Shown here one piece after another: positions 30,851 to 41,436 of a stretch of DNA of 64,000 bases. The stretch comes from Epithemia pelagica (Eukaryota > Protista > Bacillariophyta), in assembly GCA_946965045.2 (NCBI GenBank), contig OX337229.1, forward strand, positions 2,914,001 through 2,978,000. The letters run 5' to 3'. The first letter of the stretch is position 1. The number at the start of each line of letters is the position of its first letter. A model generated the notes under the pieces. It was not told the origin of the DNA. It ran no database searches and saw only the letters and a program-made list of their open reading frames with translations. The position numbers and the translations under genes are program-made.

Positions 30851-33700
30851 TCACTTCTGCCAAGCTGACCTTTTACTAGTCATAATTTTGAGAATGCGAT
30901 TGCTCTTGTTCAGCTTTTGAGTTTTGGGGACCGGTCGGGATGGCGCTCCAATACAGCTTGTGGCCTCTGCTCGGAAAAAATCGCCGCCCAGCGCACCCAA
31001 ACGTTTCAATGTCAGAAAGACGTCGTCAACGGTAGAGCCAGGCTTCATCGTGAGCGCTTCACACAAAATGGGGCCACTAGATGATTTGGTGTTATCAGGT
31101 GAGGTTTGATAGGACGAAGTTTCTGGTTTCCAAAGCGACGGTGCAGCACCGCCAGCAGCTTCGAGGCATTGAATCATTCCGGCACTTGGTAAAGAAGGAT
31201 CGGATGTTGCATATTTGAACAGGCCTGGAAGCGAGCGGTAGTGCACAAGATCTAAAACTGGAAACACCAAAATAGGTTCTCGAAGTTGTAGCGCGGATTG
31301 AAGACAATCCCACACTCCTTTGGGAATCTGACGATCACAAGTTTCCTCACTTGTTGATTCTTCTTTTTCAAGTCCCCGTGATTTCAGAATATGGTGACGG
31401 ATAAAGTTCATCTCACTTCGGGATGACAAGGGAGTGCCAGCATGAGCACCGTGGATTGGCAATGCCGCCCGAATTTCAGCAGCCTTGTCTGAGCCGGTGG
31501 GAATATCGCATTTGTTTAGAGCAAGTGCCATTGGGAATCGCACGCCCAAAAATGCGGAAACGAGCCGATGGACATCAGCTTCGTCCCATGAACTCAGGTT
31601 ATCAAGGGCACGTTCCTGACCAGTGCAACTTTCCATGTATTTCTCGACCGCCATGAGGACATTGTTCGTAACAGCTTGAGTTTGGCCATAGCCTCCAAAC
31701 ATATCAGCAAGCTTCGAGCGTCCTCGTCGCTTTATCGTTTCCCATTTGAACATGAGGTTTGAGAAGACCCATTCAACTAGTTCAACTCTTATCCACTGCA
31801 TGTCGTTCAATGGGTTGGAAGATTCGGGGTTGCTAGTACCATCAATGTCCGTTCCCATACTGTTGCCTTCCACGTCCGCTGACCCGCTTGCATCAAGCAC
31901 GTGAACGAGTACGTCGGCGTCCGTCAGGTCATTCAAAAACTTGTTTCCTCTCCCACGACCCTGGTATGCGCCTGGGACAAGACCTGCCACGTCTTTCAAC
32001 AGAACAGGAAGGAGACGGCGTCCTTGATGGTCTCGACCATGGGTTGACCCCATCACGTATGCCGAGTCGTTGTCATTCAACTCGTCCTCTGGGCAAGAAC
32101 CTGGTGGAGCAGGTACAAGACAATATCCTACATTTGGATCAATGGTAGTGAACGGGTGTGGTGCCATGGTTGCTCCGCCCAGTAAATTGTCTGCGTCGTC
32201 ACGTTGACGAGCAAAAGCTGTTGCTGCGTTGAAAAAGGTCGATTTGCCCGCCGAAGGCTTTCCTATCAAACCAATTGTAAACGTCTTATGTCCACCTTTC
32301 CCATGTGAAATATCGTTGTAATTGTCCTGGTTTTCGCTCAACACACTCCTCATTTGGTTTAAAACTTCCTCAGCTATTTTCAGGCCTTGTAAATTGAGTT
32401 CTTCAATTCGCTCCCTCGATGATGGAGAAACCAATCCTACGACTTGCTCCTGCTGGTCATCACATGAAACAACTCCTTCTTCCTCTCCGGACTCATTTCT
32501 TCGTTGGTCGTCTTCAACGTCTGTTTGGATCTTTTCTGAAGAAGCTTTCACGTTAACCATAGTACCCGATTCGAAGAATTCTCGAGCTGCATAGATGCAC
32601 GACATTACTGAAGGCATCCCTTCTTCCAATTGTGCGGCATCCTGCATGGATTTAAGCAATGCCTCTGCGTGCCCAGAACTAAATTCCATCATGTTATTAT
32701 CGTGAATCAATCTCATCTGAGCCACTGATTCCTGAGGATAGTTGTGAGGATACTGCACTTCAATTGAGATTTGATGGGGAGGCCAGATCCCTTCATCCGA
32801 GGCCACCAAGTCCACCTTAAAGCGAATAGGATGTTCGTACTTGTCTTCACTCTCTGAGAAAGACGACAGCAGGTGAAACTCCTCCGGGAAAATTGCAGTC
32901 AATGCCTCCACTTCATCTCTCTGAAGTTGGACAGTTTCCTCGTCTGGAACTGGAGTTGTCGATACTGTATTTTCCGTGGAAGGCGCATTATTCATTGTGG
33001 CGGATGCTTGGTTTTCTGTTCTCGTCGTTCCGCGTTTTCTGGAGGCAGCGATAAAATCTTCATAGGCCCGGACACTTCCGGATCGCATTGGAACGTGATG
33101 ACCACCCTCGTGTTCGTGAGTTTGGGGATTGCTATAATAGGGCAGGAGGCCTCGACTCTGTTGAGGAACGATAAGTTTGTCTGAACTACCATAAACATGT
33201 AACGATGGAGTCTTCACAAATCCTTCCAGTGTTTCCTCTTGGCCTTGTAGGTAAGTCTCTCGAAATCCAGTTGGAAGCGTGGCCTCGTAGCCGGCAACCA
33301 TCAGCACGAACTGAAGGCCTGGAAATATTTCTGAGGGTTGGGCGGAGTGTGCAAGGCAGCACAAGTGTGACAATCGGGCTCCTTGTGAGAATCCCAATAT
33401 TCCAACAAAAGGACTCTTCGTGTCTTTCATCTCGTCCCATATTTTCAACAGGTCAGGAAAAGTTTGTTCCAAAAGACCTTGGTAGTTGTCACCAGATCGA
33501 TTCCACCATTGACACAGGTTTGGATCCTCAGGATGGGGGAATGCGGCGGTGGGAGCCACAATTTCCAAGTTTTGTTTTTCCAACCGTTTCCTAAGCTTAT
33601 CCATTCTTCCCAGCAGAAGATCTCCTGTTTGACGACTCCCATGGAGCAAAAGAACCTTGCCTCGGCCATGTTGTACCGTTGCCGTCGCCACCATGGCCAT
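30851..33700 (-). CDS. Fusion protein: FSH1/DUF341 serine hydrolase + RWD domain + Obg-family (Ygr210-like) GTPase with C-terminal TGS-like region
   Basis: One ORF: LLLHGSRQ, GILGFSQGA (nucleophile elbow), LHVYGSSDKLI, HEGGHHVP; RWD DEVEALTAIF...YPHNYP; GTPase G1 GKPSAGKST, G2 PFTTIDPN, G3 DVAGLVPG, G4 NKCD. First ATG at 33700 (the track start 33757 is GTG). Confidence 0.92.
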   Translation of the reverse strand: MAMVATATVQHGRGKVLLLHGSRQTGDLLLGRMDKLRKRLEKQNLEIVAPTAAFPHPEDPNLCQWWNRSGDNYQGLLEQTFPDLLKIWDEMKDTKSPFVGILGFSQGARLSHLCCLAHSAQPSEIFPGLQFVLMVAGYEATLPTGFRETYLQGQEETLEGFVKTPSLHVYGSSDKLIVPQQSRGLLPYYSNPQTHEHEGGHHVPMRSGSVRAYEDFIAASRKRGTTRTENQASATMNNAPSTENTVSTTPVPDEETVQLQRDEVEALTAIFPEEFHLLSSFSESEDKYEHPIRFKVDLVASDEGIWPPHQISIEVQYPHNYPQESVAQMRLIHDNNMMEFSSGHAEALLKSMQDAAQLEEGMPSVMSCIYAAREFFESGTMVNVKASSEKIQTDVEDDQRRNESGEEEGVVSCDDQQEQVVGLVSPSSRERIEELNLQGLKIAEEVLNQMRSVLSENQDNYNDISHGKGGHKTFTIGLIGKPSAGKSTFFNAATAFARQRDDADNLLGGATMAPHPFTTIDPNVGYCLVPAPPGSCPEDELNDNDSAYVMGSTHGRDHQGRRLLPVLLKDVAGLVPGAYQGRGRGNKFLNDLTDADVLVHVLDASGSADVEGNSMGTDIDGTSNPESSNPLNDMQWIRVELVEWVFSNLMFKWETIKRRGRSKLADMFGGYGQTQAVTNNVLMAVEKYMESCTGQERALDNLSSWDEADVHRLVSAFLGVRFPMALALNKCDIPTGSDKAAEIRAALPIHGAHAGTPLSSRSEMNFIRHHILKSRGLEKEESTSEETCDRQIPKGVWDCLQSALQLREPILVFPVLDLVHYRSLPGLFKYATSDPSLPSAGMIQCLEAAGGAAPSLWKPETSSYQTSPDNTKSSSGPILCEALTMKPGSTVDDVFLTLKRLGALGGDFFRAEATSCIGAPSRPVPKTQKLNKSNRILKIMTSKRSAWQK

Positions 33701-34104
33701 GGTGGCAATGGAGCATGGAAACGCGCCCACACACGCATTCTCAACTCTCAATCGCACTTTTTCAGAGGGGGTGTATTCGGGGCATATGTAAAGTGCATCC
33801 GTGCCTTATCAAGACCAAGACTTATCAAGAATAAAGCGTCGGGTCGGCCTCATTTTTGCGCTCCACGATCCACGACACAAAGTCGGTGCGCGTCTCGTTT
33901 TCAAACGCAACCCCAAGCAAAAACAAAACCAATCCCTGCAAAAGGTAAACGAGAACGGAAACCGATCAAAAACACTTCTGCCATGAGAACTAGAAACAAA
34001 AGTTCATTATCTTGCATCTAGATCCCATAATCTGTTTGCGGAGACAGCTACTTTTGCAACTATTTTCCACATTTTGTTTTCTACGAGAAGAGAAAGCCAA
34101 AGCT

Positions 34105-35058
34105 ATGAACCAGTGCTTCAACGAAAATAACCAACCCTCTGAAAGTCACTGGGAAGATCCGTTCCCTTTATGGAATCCAGAAAAGATCCGGTATGATCAT
34201 GAGTTGTGGATGAAGGCACTTGGTCATCGTGGAAAGATCTTCAACAAAAGTTTGTTGGGGACAACTTCTGTCGAATCGGATAATGAGTCTTGTCCAACAT
34301 CACTGGACAGTATTTTGGCCGAACCAGAAAAACCATCAGTTGCACCCTTGACAGAACATACTTGCCGTGACAGCGATGGTGAGGAGTATGTAACCGATAC
34401 GGAACGAGCCTTGAAAGAAAAGGCATGTCGCGACGGCGATGGTGAGGAGTATGAAACCGATACGGAACAAAATGCCAATAGCACTGGATACACCCCCGAC
34501 GATACTGACGAGGAAACAGATGACGACGATGAAGAAGATTGGAACACAAAACCAGAGAGTCTCGAGAGAGTCCAGGCAGAAAGCAATCTCAACGAGTTGG
34601 ATGCAGGATATGAACCAGACTATGAAGATAATGACTTCGAATGCGAGGACGACGTTGAAGATATGGATCTCGAAGATGAAACAGATTGTCAACCATGTCA
34701 GGAGGAGCAAACGACAATTCTATCCGATCCACAGTCCCTCGGCATTTCTGAGGACTGGTTAATGGATAGAAACATGCAATGTGCATCATCTTGGGATTAC
34801 ATTCGGGACAGCGGTGAAAGCTCAGCTTCTCCACATCCAACTGGATTCGACAAGGAATCTCTCGAGATGGCCAGAAAGTATGGTGTGAGTCCCAATCACC
34901 CTGCAGCCTGTCCATATCCGCATCTTGATCTGTCATTGGCAAAATCCATGCCTCCTGATGCACACCAATGGACTCCATATGATTCTGTCTTCGAATACGA
35001 CGGATACAGGACACCGACGGAACAAGAGACTCGGTGTTTGATCTTGCTCAATTCCTAG
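34105..35058 (+). CDS. Acidic hypothetical protein with a 21-aa internal tandem repeat
   Basis: Open ORF, D/E-rich, CRDSDGEEYVTDTE / CRDGDGEEYETDTE. First ATG at 34105. Confidence 0.65.
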   Translation: MNQCFNENNQPSESHWEDPFPLWNPEKIRYDHELWMKALGHRGKIFNKSLLGTTSVESDNESCPTSLDSILAEPEKPSVAPLTEHTCRDSDGEEYVTDTERALKEKACRDGDGEEYETDTEQNANSTGYTPDDTDEETDDDDEEDWNTKPESLERVQAESNLNELDAGYEPDYEDNDFECEDDVEDMDLEDETDCQPCQEEQTTILSDPQSLGISEDWLMDRNMQCASSWDYIRDSGESSASPHPTGFDKESLEMARKYGVSPNHPAACPYPHLDLSLAKSMPPDAHQWTPYDSVFEYDGYRTPTEQETRCLILLNS

Positions 35059-35348
35059 TCCATTCGTGAAATTCTCATCTCCTCTTGTCATGGCTCAATA
35101 AATTACTTTGCCTTGTGCATCCTGAACCTTGTAAAGGTTATGCCGTAATCCTTCTTGTCACAAATCTTTATAACACATCGGTTTTAAATTCCTAGATCCC
35201 CTTGCCAGATCCCTTTGTAGAGGCTACCTCTTAATCGTACATATCGCGTCGACTGCAGAAAATTGTACGTTACGAGGTTTTTCCACACTAGTGAGACGAA
35301 CAGCCTCACACTTCAATTCTTCATATTCAAGTTTGCCAGTATCGTTTT

Positions 35349-38300
35349 CTATGTCTTTTCGAATCTTCTCAGTCGAATTGTCGGGAGCTCGACTTCCTCT
35401 TCTGATCCGTCATCTTCTACCACAACCGATAAATCAAATGTTTTGTCGTCCATACTGTACTGCTCCACTGGTGTGTCTCGAGCATCTTCATCGTCTTCAT
35501 CAGAGGAGATTGCTTCATGAATCACTTCCCAGATGGCTGTTTTCATCAACTCTTTGTCATCTTCATGGAGAAAGTTTGCATATAAAAGGTATGGTCCTAG
35601 AGAGACGGAAAGAACTCGGACGTTTTCGGCATTCTCAGAATCGGCTAGCTTCTGAATTCGTTTCAGGAGGGACTTCATCGTCATTCCTCCGCTTTTGTTT
35701 GCTGCAGTCTTGGCCGATTCGGAAATTGACAATTGATCCCAAAGAGTATATTCTTGTCCATTCAGTCCAGGGATAACTTCCGCTGGCATTGGTACCGTGA
35801 AAGCAAAAAACGGAAGTGCAAGGTTGACAAAAGCATTGCGATATTGATTCAAGGGTGCTTTTTGTACCAACTTGACCAGTTCCAGGCAAGAAAGTGCTGA
35901 AACCAAAGCAGTCGTTGTGATCATGGCCGGAATAATCTTTCCTGCCACTCGACGCGTTTCCATCGCACTGACAGGAGGAATGCCATAGCTAATTGCACGA
36001 AGGTTGCTTGCGGCCGCGATAAAGGACACATGGCCATTCGAATCGTCATCTTTCTCGAAATCAGCTAAGTTCAGTTCCACCTCTGATCCGGGTGGTATGG
36101 AGGACAGATAACGGAAGATTTGTTCTTGCTTCGATAACGATGAGCCGTTCGCAGTATCTGAATGGATACTATCCACATCATGCGATCCAAGGAGCGTTTC
36201 CACAGCCTCTTCAGAAGAGAATAACACCTCTGTAGAAGACGGAGGGAGAAATGCCTCTGCTCGCAAACGTGCACCATGGCGAACAAAAGATACTAGATTG
36301 CGATTCACCTGAACTTGTTCCAGGGAAGCATTCTCCGAAGAGTCATAGACCAGTCTCGTTGGAGCTCTTCTCGTTCCTGTCCAAAAGTCTTCTCCGTCTT
36401 CATCCTTGCTGCCGAGGGGATGCTGCTCAAGAAGCTCGTCCACAGATTCAACATAGAGCTTTCGGGCTAGAGATACGGCCCATTTCAACGAATGGGATCG
36501 AATATTCGTATGGCCTACAATCAATGTGGCTGCCAATATATCCTCCTTTAGCTCCTCGGCAGTACGAATAGCAGCCTGTTCCCCTGACTCGTGCAACAAC
36601 TTATGAGCCATGGTGCGTAGGGCATTTTTGTGGACCTCTAAACTATCTTCAAGTTTGCCGCTGTCTTCTTCAATCTGCAGCGATGTTGCGAAGTCATTGG
36701 CTTGCTGTGGACGTTGAACAAACAAGCCGTCAAACAAATCCCGCGACCATTGGATAGTGTGTGAAATAGCGTATGGGAAATTCTTGAGAGTGCATACTGG
36801 AATCGCTTCCTCTGGAGGGTCAGCACTGGAAGCATATGACTCACTCAATTTCGGTATCACCACCTGCACATTGCCCTTCGGTCCCAATGTCCCGGCATCA
36901 ACCAGAGCAATATGGTTCGTAACGCATTGCCCATCCATGTACAAACGAGCATCGACATTGTCCAACGCATTCAAAACAATATCCACCTGATGCGACCAAA
37001 ACGTATCGTCGTCTTCAAACACGTTTCCACTTGAGTCTTCTCCTGTGCGCTTACCCAACTTGCTCGAATGCGCTTCAATTTCACAGTCCGGATTAAAGAG
37101 AAGAGTACCCCTCTTCGCAGCCACGCTCTTGAAATCTCCCAGGTCTGTTTCCCGAAAGAGTAATTGCCTACTCAAGTTTGATTTTTCAATAGTGTCCATA
37201 TCGGTCAGCATAATTTTACCAATCTTTGCAGTTCCGGCCCCCATGGCGCCCAAGTTTTTGAGCAATTCGCAGCCAATTGCGCCGGCGCCGGCTATAAAAA
37301 TTTTGCGGCCATGCAATTTCTCAACAACATCGTCACCCAGTATGTACCGAAGGCCTTTGGAATAGATTTTGGCGTTCGAACTTGCAGCGTCTGTTGCCAC
37401 GCTCGTTCGAGGGCCGTCGGAAACCATCAACTCTTGACAATCAAACAACAGAAATTGGCGAATGGGGGTGTATAATCCAGAAACTGCTTTCAGCGCTTCC
37501 TGTGCCGCAATGGCACCAATTATCCCTTGCAACGGGACCAACTTTCCCGAACAAGAGCGTACAAAATCAGCAACAATCGCTTTGTCTTGGTCAGATTGCA
37601 CGTCCAAGTTCGAGCTGGCAATGAAATCTTGTTCATCATTGGACAAAGGCAAGCGACTTTGCTCTTTCACGAACGTGTTCAAACTCGAGAAACACGACAG
37701 AACGATTCGCTGTCTTTCCGTGTCCAGGGACTTTTCCAAATCTGAGGGTGTTACCAATGATTGGCCATCGGTACTCTGTTGCTGTTGCAAGGCTTCCCTC
37801 AATGACACGAACGATAGAGTCTGGGGTTTCTTGATTCGTGAAAAAGCGACTGGCTGTACCGTTTGGATTTGTTCCAAGATTGCTTTGCTATTTTCCACCC
37901 CTTCTTCGCCGTCGCTGAATCGGACTCGGACCATAAAGGGTGAGATAACTCTCTCGACCGTACACGTCCAAGGAACTTCCAAGCACTCGCCATTCCGTAA
38001 ATGGAACTGTAAGTCGTCACCTTTTGATACATCATGTTTTTCTCCAGGCAAGCACTGAACGTTGTAAAAAGTCGCACCTTCATCACCTTCAGCTTCACAT
38101 GACACTTGCAACAATGGAGTAAGAGCGGGTTGTTCACCATCTGAATCATGGACAACAAATTCATCTCCAAAGTCGGTAAATATTCTTCCAAAGACACCAG
38201 CCGTTTCTACAGCAATAAACGTCAGCGGGTTGTCCACAGATCTATCACTTTGTTGTTGTCGAAGCCAGTCATTGATCTCCTCGCAGGTAGATTGGCACCG

Positions 38301-39041
38301 ATCAATTGCCATGTACACGATAGGTCCATTGTCTCCAACGAACTGATGTGAAGAAATGTGTGGGCGTGCCTCATCTTCGTCCTTCTTCTGAGATGAAAAG
38401 TCGAAAGAAACATCTTCAACGGCTCGTTGTTCGACCAACAGAGATGGATTGAGTCGTTTCACATACTCCAAAAGAAGTTCACATTGATTGATTGTATTAT
38501 CATTTTGGTTGTCTGCTTCTGTAGTTTCTCGGGTCGCTGCACTGATGTAGGCACAACCGAGATCATCCAGCTCTGGATTGTGGTAAGCGCTTGGGTTATT
38601 GTAGCGTGGTGATGTTGGAGAGGGCACAACCAGAACAAGGCGACGGATTCCAGACAGTGCCAAATTCTTGGCAATTTCGTACATCAAACCTGAACTGGGT
38701 GGACCGTCAAGGTAAACCGTGGAGGATCGAATCAGGCCGTGTGCACGATGGCCCAAAGCGTACACTTGACGGCTATATCGTTCCTCATCACTGTCTTCCA
38801 CCTTGCTCGGACTGATTACTTCATCTTGCAAGTTTTGAGACCCTCCTCGAAAGCGATGGCAAGCTGAGAGAGCATGTTTTCTCCTCCCGCCGATTACGAA
38901 TCGTTGTGCAGCTGGCTTGAATGACGGGGAATGAAACAAAGATGCTTCAGCTTGTATCACCCAGACTAGTAGCGTCAGCGGCAACAGGAGCCGAATATAG
39001 AAGAAGAGAAATTGATATCTCGTCGACATTGCACTGCCCAT
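35349..39041 (-). CDS. UBA1: Ubiquitin-activating enzyme E1 with bipartite presequence (probably the symbiont-specific SELMA E1, sUba1)
   Basis: RYSRQVYALG, IAGAGAIGCELLKNL, DMDTIEKSNLSRQLLF, NALDNVDAR, catalytic IPVCTLKNFP, DFEKDDDSNGH, AGKIIPAMITTT, C-terminal UFD. N-terminal signal peptide (FLFFYIRLLLPLTLLVWVIQAEA|S) followed by a basic transit-like segment. Confidence 0.95.
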   Translation of the reverse strand: MGSAMSTRYQFLFFYIRLLLPLTLLVWVIQAEASLFHSPSFKPAAQRFVIGGRRKHALSACHRFRGGSQNLQDEVISPSKVEDSDEERYSRQVYALGHRAHGLIRSSTVYLDGPPSSGLMYEIAKNLALSGIRRLVLVVPSPTSPRYNNPSAYHNPELDDLGCAYISAATRETTEADNQNDNTINQCELLLEYVKRLNPSLLVEQRAVEDVSFDFSSQKKDEDEARPHISSHQFVGDNGPIVYMAIDRCQSTCEEINDWLRQQQSDRSVDNPLTFIAVETAGVFGRIFTDFGDEFVVHDSDGEQPALTPLLQVSCEAEGDEGATFYNVQCLPGEKHDVSKGDDLQFHLRNGECLEVPWTCTVERVISPFMVRVRFSDGEEGVENSKAILEQIQTVQPVAFSRIKKPQTLSFVSLREALQQQQSTDGQSLVTPSDLEKSLDTERQRIVLSCFSSLNTFVKEQSRLPLSNDEQDFIASSNLDVQSDQDKAIVADFVRSCSGKLVPLQGIIGAIAAQEALKAVSGLYTPIRQFLLFDCQELMVSDGPRTSVATDAASSNAKIYSKGLRYILGDDVVEKLHGRKIFIAGAGAIGCELLKNLGAMGAGTAKIGKIMLTDMDTIEKSNLSRQLLFRETDLGDFKSVAAKRGTLLFNPDCEIEAHSSKLGKRTGEDSSGNVFEDDDTFWSHQVDIVLNALDNVDARLYMDGQCVTNHIALVDAGTLGPKGNVQVVIPKLSESYASSADPPEEAIPVCTLKNFPYAISHTIQWSRDLFDGLFVQRPQQANDFATSLQIEEDSGKLEDSLEVHKNALRTMAHKLLHESGEQAAIRTAEELKEDILAATLIVGHTNIRSHSLKWAVSLARKLYVESVDELLEQHPLGSKDEDGEDFWTGTRRAPTRLVYDSSENASLEQVQVNRNLVSFVRHGARLRAEAFLPPSSTEVLFSSEEAVETLLGSHDVDSIHSDTANGSSLSKQEQIFRYLSSIPPGSEVELNLADFEKDDDSNGHVSFIAAASNLRAISYGIPPVSAMETRRVAGKIIPAMITTTALVSALSCLELVKLVQKAPLNQYRNAFVNLALPFFAFTVPMPAEVIPGLNGQEYTLWDQLSISESAKTAANKSGGMTMKSLLKRIQKLADSENAENVRVLSVSLGPYLLYANFLHEDDKELMKTAIWEVIHEAISSDEDDEDARDTPVEQYSMDDKTFDLSVVVEDDGSEEEVELPTIRLRRFEKT

Positions 39042-39497
39042 CGTCGGTACTCGTACTCCTATTTGATTTTGTGTTGAACATCAAAAAAATCTGTCTCCAG
39101 TCTCCAGATCCGTTCGACATGTTGCTCCGCGTGGAACCTACCCCACACTTCAGAGTGCGACCAACTGAAGAAGTGGTGGCTCGCCTGGCGCGAGAATGCT
39201 TCCAGATATGCCCCTGCGTGACCAAGGTGGTCCCGCAATTGAACGTGGCTATGCGCTAAAACTTCATCTACCTACTCGTACTCCTCTAGTAGTATTGTGG
39301 CTTGTACTCCTACTCCTAGATTGGATTTTGTTGGTTTTCTGGTATCATCAAAAGCTCAAGAGCAGTAATTATATTGTGTAATATCAATGGCAAACAGTCA
39401 AAGCGTCAATTGTTGGTTGACACCAGAGTGTGTTTGGAGCATCAGCTTCATGATCGGTTACAGAGAACATACTTCATAATGTCCCTTTTGGTTGTTA

Positions 39498-41121
39498 TCA
39501 CGCCAAAGAAATGGCGGACGAGGCAGGGAGGAGTTCAATTTCCTTTCCAGCTACTAGTTTGTCCTTGCCATTGGTTTTGTGCCTAGCAATGAGAAATCCA
39601 GTCGTGATGAGTGCAAGTCCTGCCATGATTCCATAACGCAATCCTGCTTTTTTGTAGCTCAAAATAGACTGAAAGTGCTCTGTTGAATAGCTGCGGTCAC
39701 GATAGAAGCAAGAATCGTAAGGCTCACACTCTTCAGATATTGAATGCTGGAATCAAATTAAATACGTACTAGTCCACAATGTAGGCGTCACATGTGTCGC
39801 AGTTTCCGTAGATGTTGACGAAAGGCCATTCATCGGATCCCGGAGGATCGTTTTGATCGTATGTCTGGCCTCCAATGTCGGAGTCAAAAAGATCTTCACA
39901 AGCGTATTCGCCCCACACATCATCCCATGAGGTCTGTCCCCAGTATTCATCATAGTACATGTCATCGTCGAAAGAATAAATTTCCTCTTCCTCGTCATAC
40001 AACTCTTCAACCATGTCCTCTTCTTCGGATGCATATTCCTGGTATTCATCAACCTGTAAAACAAGATAGTTTGAGCCGACTCAAGTCCAAATCCATTCGT
40101 AAAATCTACCATAGTTTTTTCAGTGACCTCTCACCTCAGATTGCAACTCCTCATTTTCTGCTTCTAATTGTTCATTTTCGGCCTCCAGCTCTTCATTCTC
40201 TTTTTCCAACTCTGCGTTTGCAGCAGCATAGTCTGTTTGGTTTGACGCTCCAGAACTGTCTTTGTTGATAGTGACGTTTTGGTTAGAGTTATCTGAAGCT
40301 CCTCCGTCCAATTTGCGGTAGGAGCTGGACCGACTGAGCCGAAACTTTTGCTTTGGCGAGAGCAGGTGACGTTTGCGATTTCCTGAATCGTCTTCCTTCA
40401 CCTCACAAAGTGCCCCAGCGACCATACCATGACAGGTCATGTCTTCTGGCAAGTTCGGACATCCCCACCATCCTCCCCACTCAACTTCCAAGTCTGTGCG
40501 CAGAATTTTGTCATCTTTGTCTTGGGTGTACGATCCAAAGTCATAACCAACAATTCTGGCTTTCCCCTCGTAGATATCACCTTGTGCATGTTGTCGGTTT
40601 GCGTAAACGGCTAAATTGAGGGCCATGGCCAAGATCAAAACACAGGAAAAGATCCCAGAAAGACGGTCCAAGCGTTCGCGACGAACTTCGTCAAAGATGG
40701 ATTGTCGAAGTAAAAGACCAAGCATCGTGAACATGCCAATCCAACACAGGACGACATTGGCATTGCTCAAAGCTAGCAATAGATAGGTCATGAATGTGAC
40801 AATACCAACTACGGCAGCCAGGACACCACGGCGAAACCGGGGCAAATGCATTCGACGGGAAACACTGGATTCTTTGTCCGAGGGTTCACTTCCATTTTCC
40901 TTGCCGTCCATGGGTTTACCTTTAGCAGCGGTTTCTCCCTGATCCCCATTCTCCTCCAATCCAACTTCATCGACAGAATCTGCAAAGCTAAGAGTACTTT
41001 GTAGCTCAATTTGCACTAATAGCACGTAGAAGGCCAACATTGTGAAAAAAATGGTTAACAATGCCGCACCCATGAGGGCCGCCAGGCCGACATGGGTAGG
41101 GAAGTTTGAGTAGGATTGCAT
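39498..41121 (-). CDS. Unknown multipass membrane protein, paralogue A; exons 41121-40135, 40053-39770, 39690-39498 (approx.)
   Basis: Four N-terminal TM helices, a Cys/Trp-rich domain (EVEWGGWWGCPN...C..C), an acidic coiled coil, YSFDDDMYYDEYWG...WPFVNIYGNCDTCDAY and a final TM helix. Introns match paralogue B. Confidence 0.85.
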
Positions 41122-41436
41122 AATGTTGTTCTTTTATGTCGTCGCCTTCCTGTTGTCTTTCTTCGTTCTCATCCGGAACGAGAAGGACAATGCATCCAGA
41201 ACTGGCAAGTGGCAAGACAGCAGATGAATTGATGGACAAAAAAATGCGGGCGAGAATGTGGTCGTGTATGCGGGAAATTCAAAATGTGTGCATGCGCGCA
41301 GCGGTAGGTAGCAAAGCGGAATTCGGAACCAGAGACCACATAGTTTTTAGTCGCGATTGGATGGGCCCCGTATGACGTCACCTATATCCTGTTTCATGTT
41401 TCGCATCGTGTATCGTGTGGTGCATTCATTTGCACC

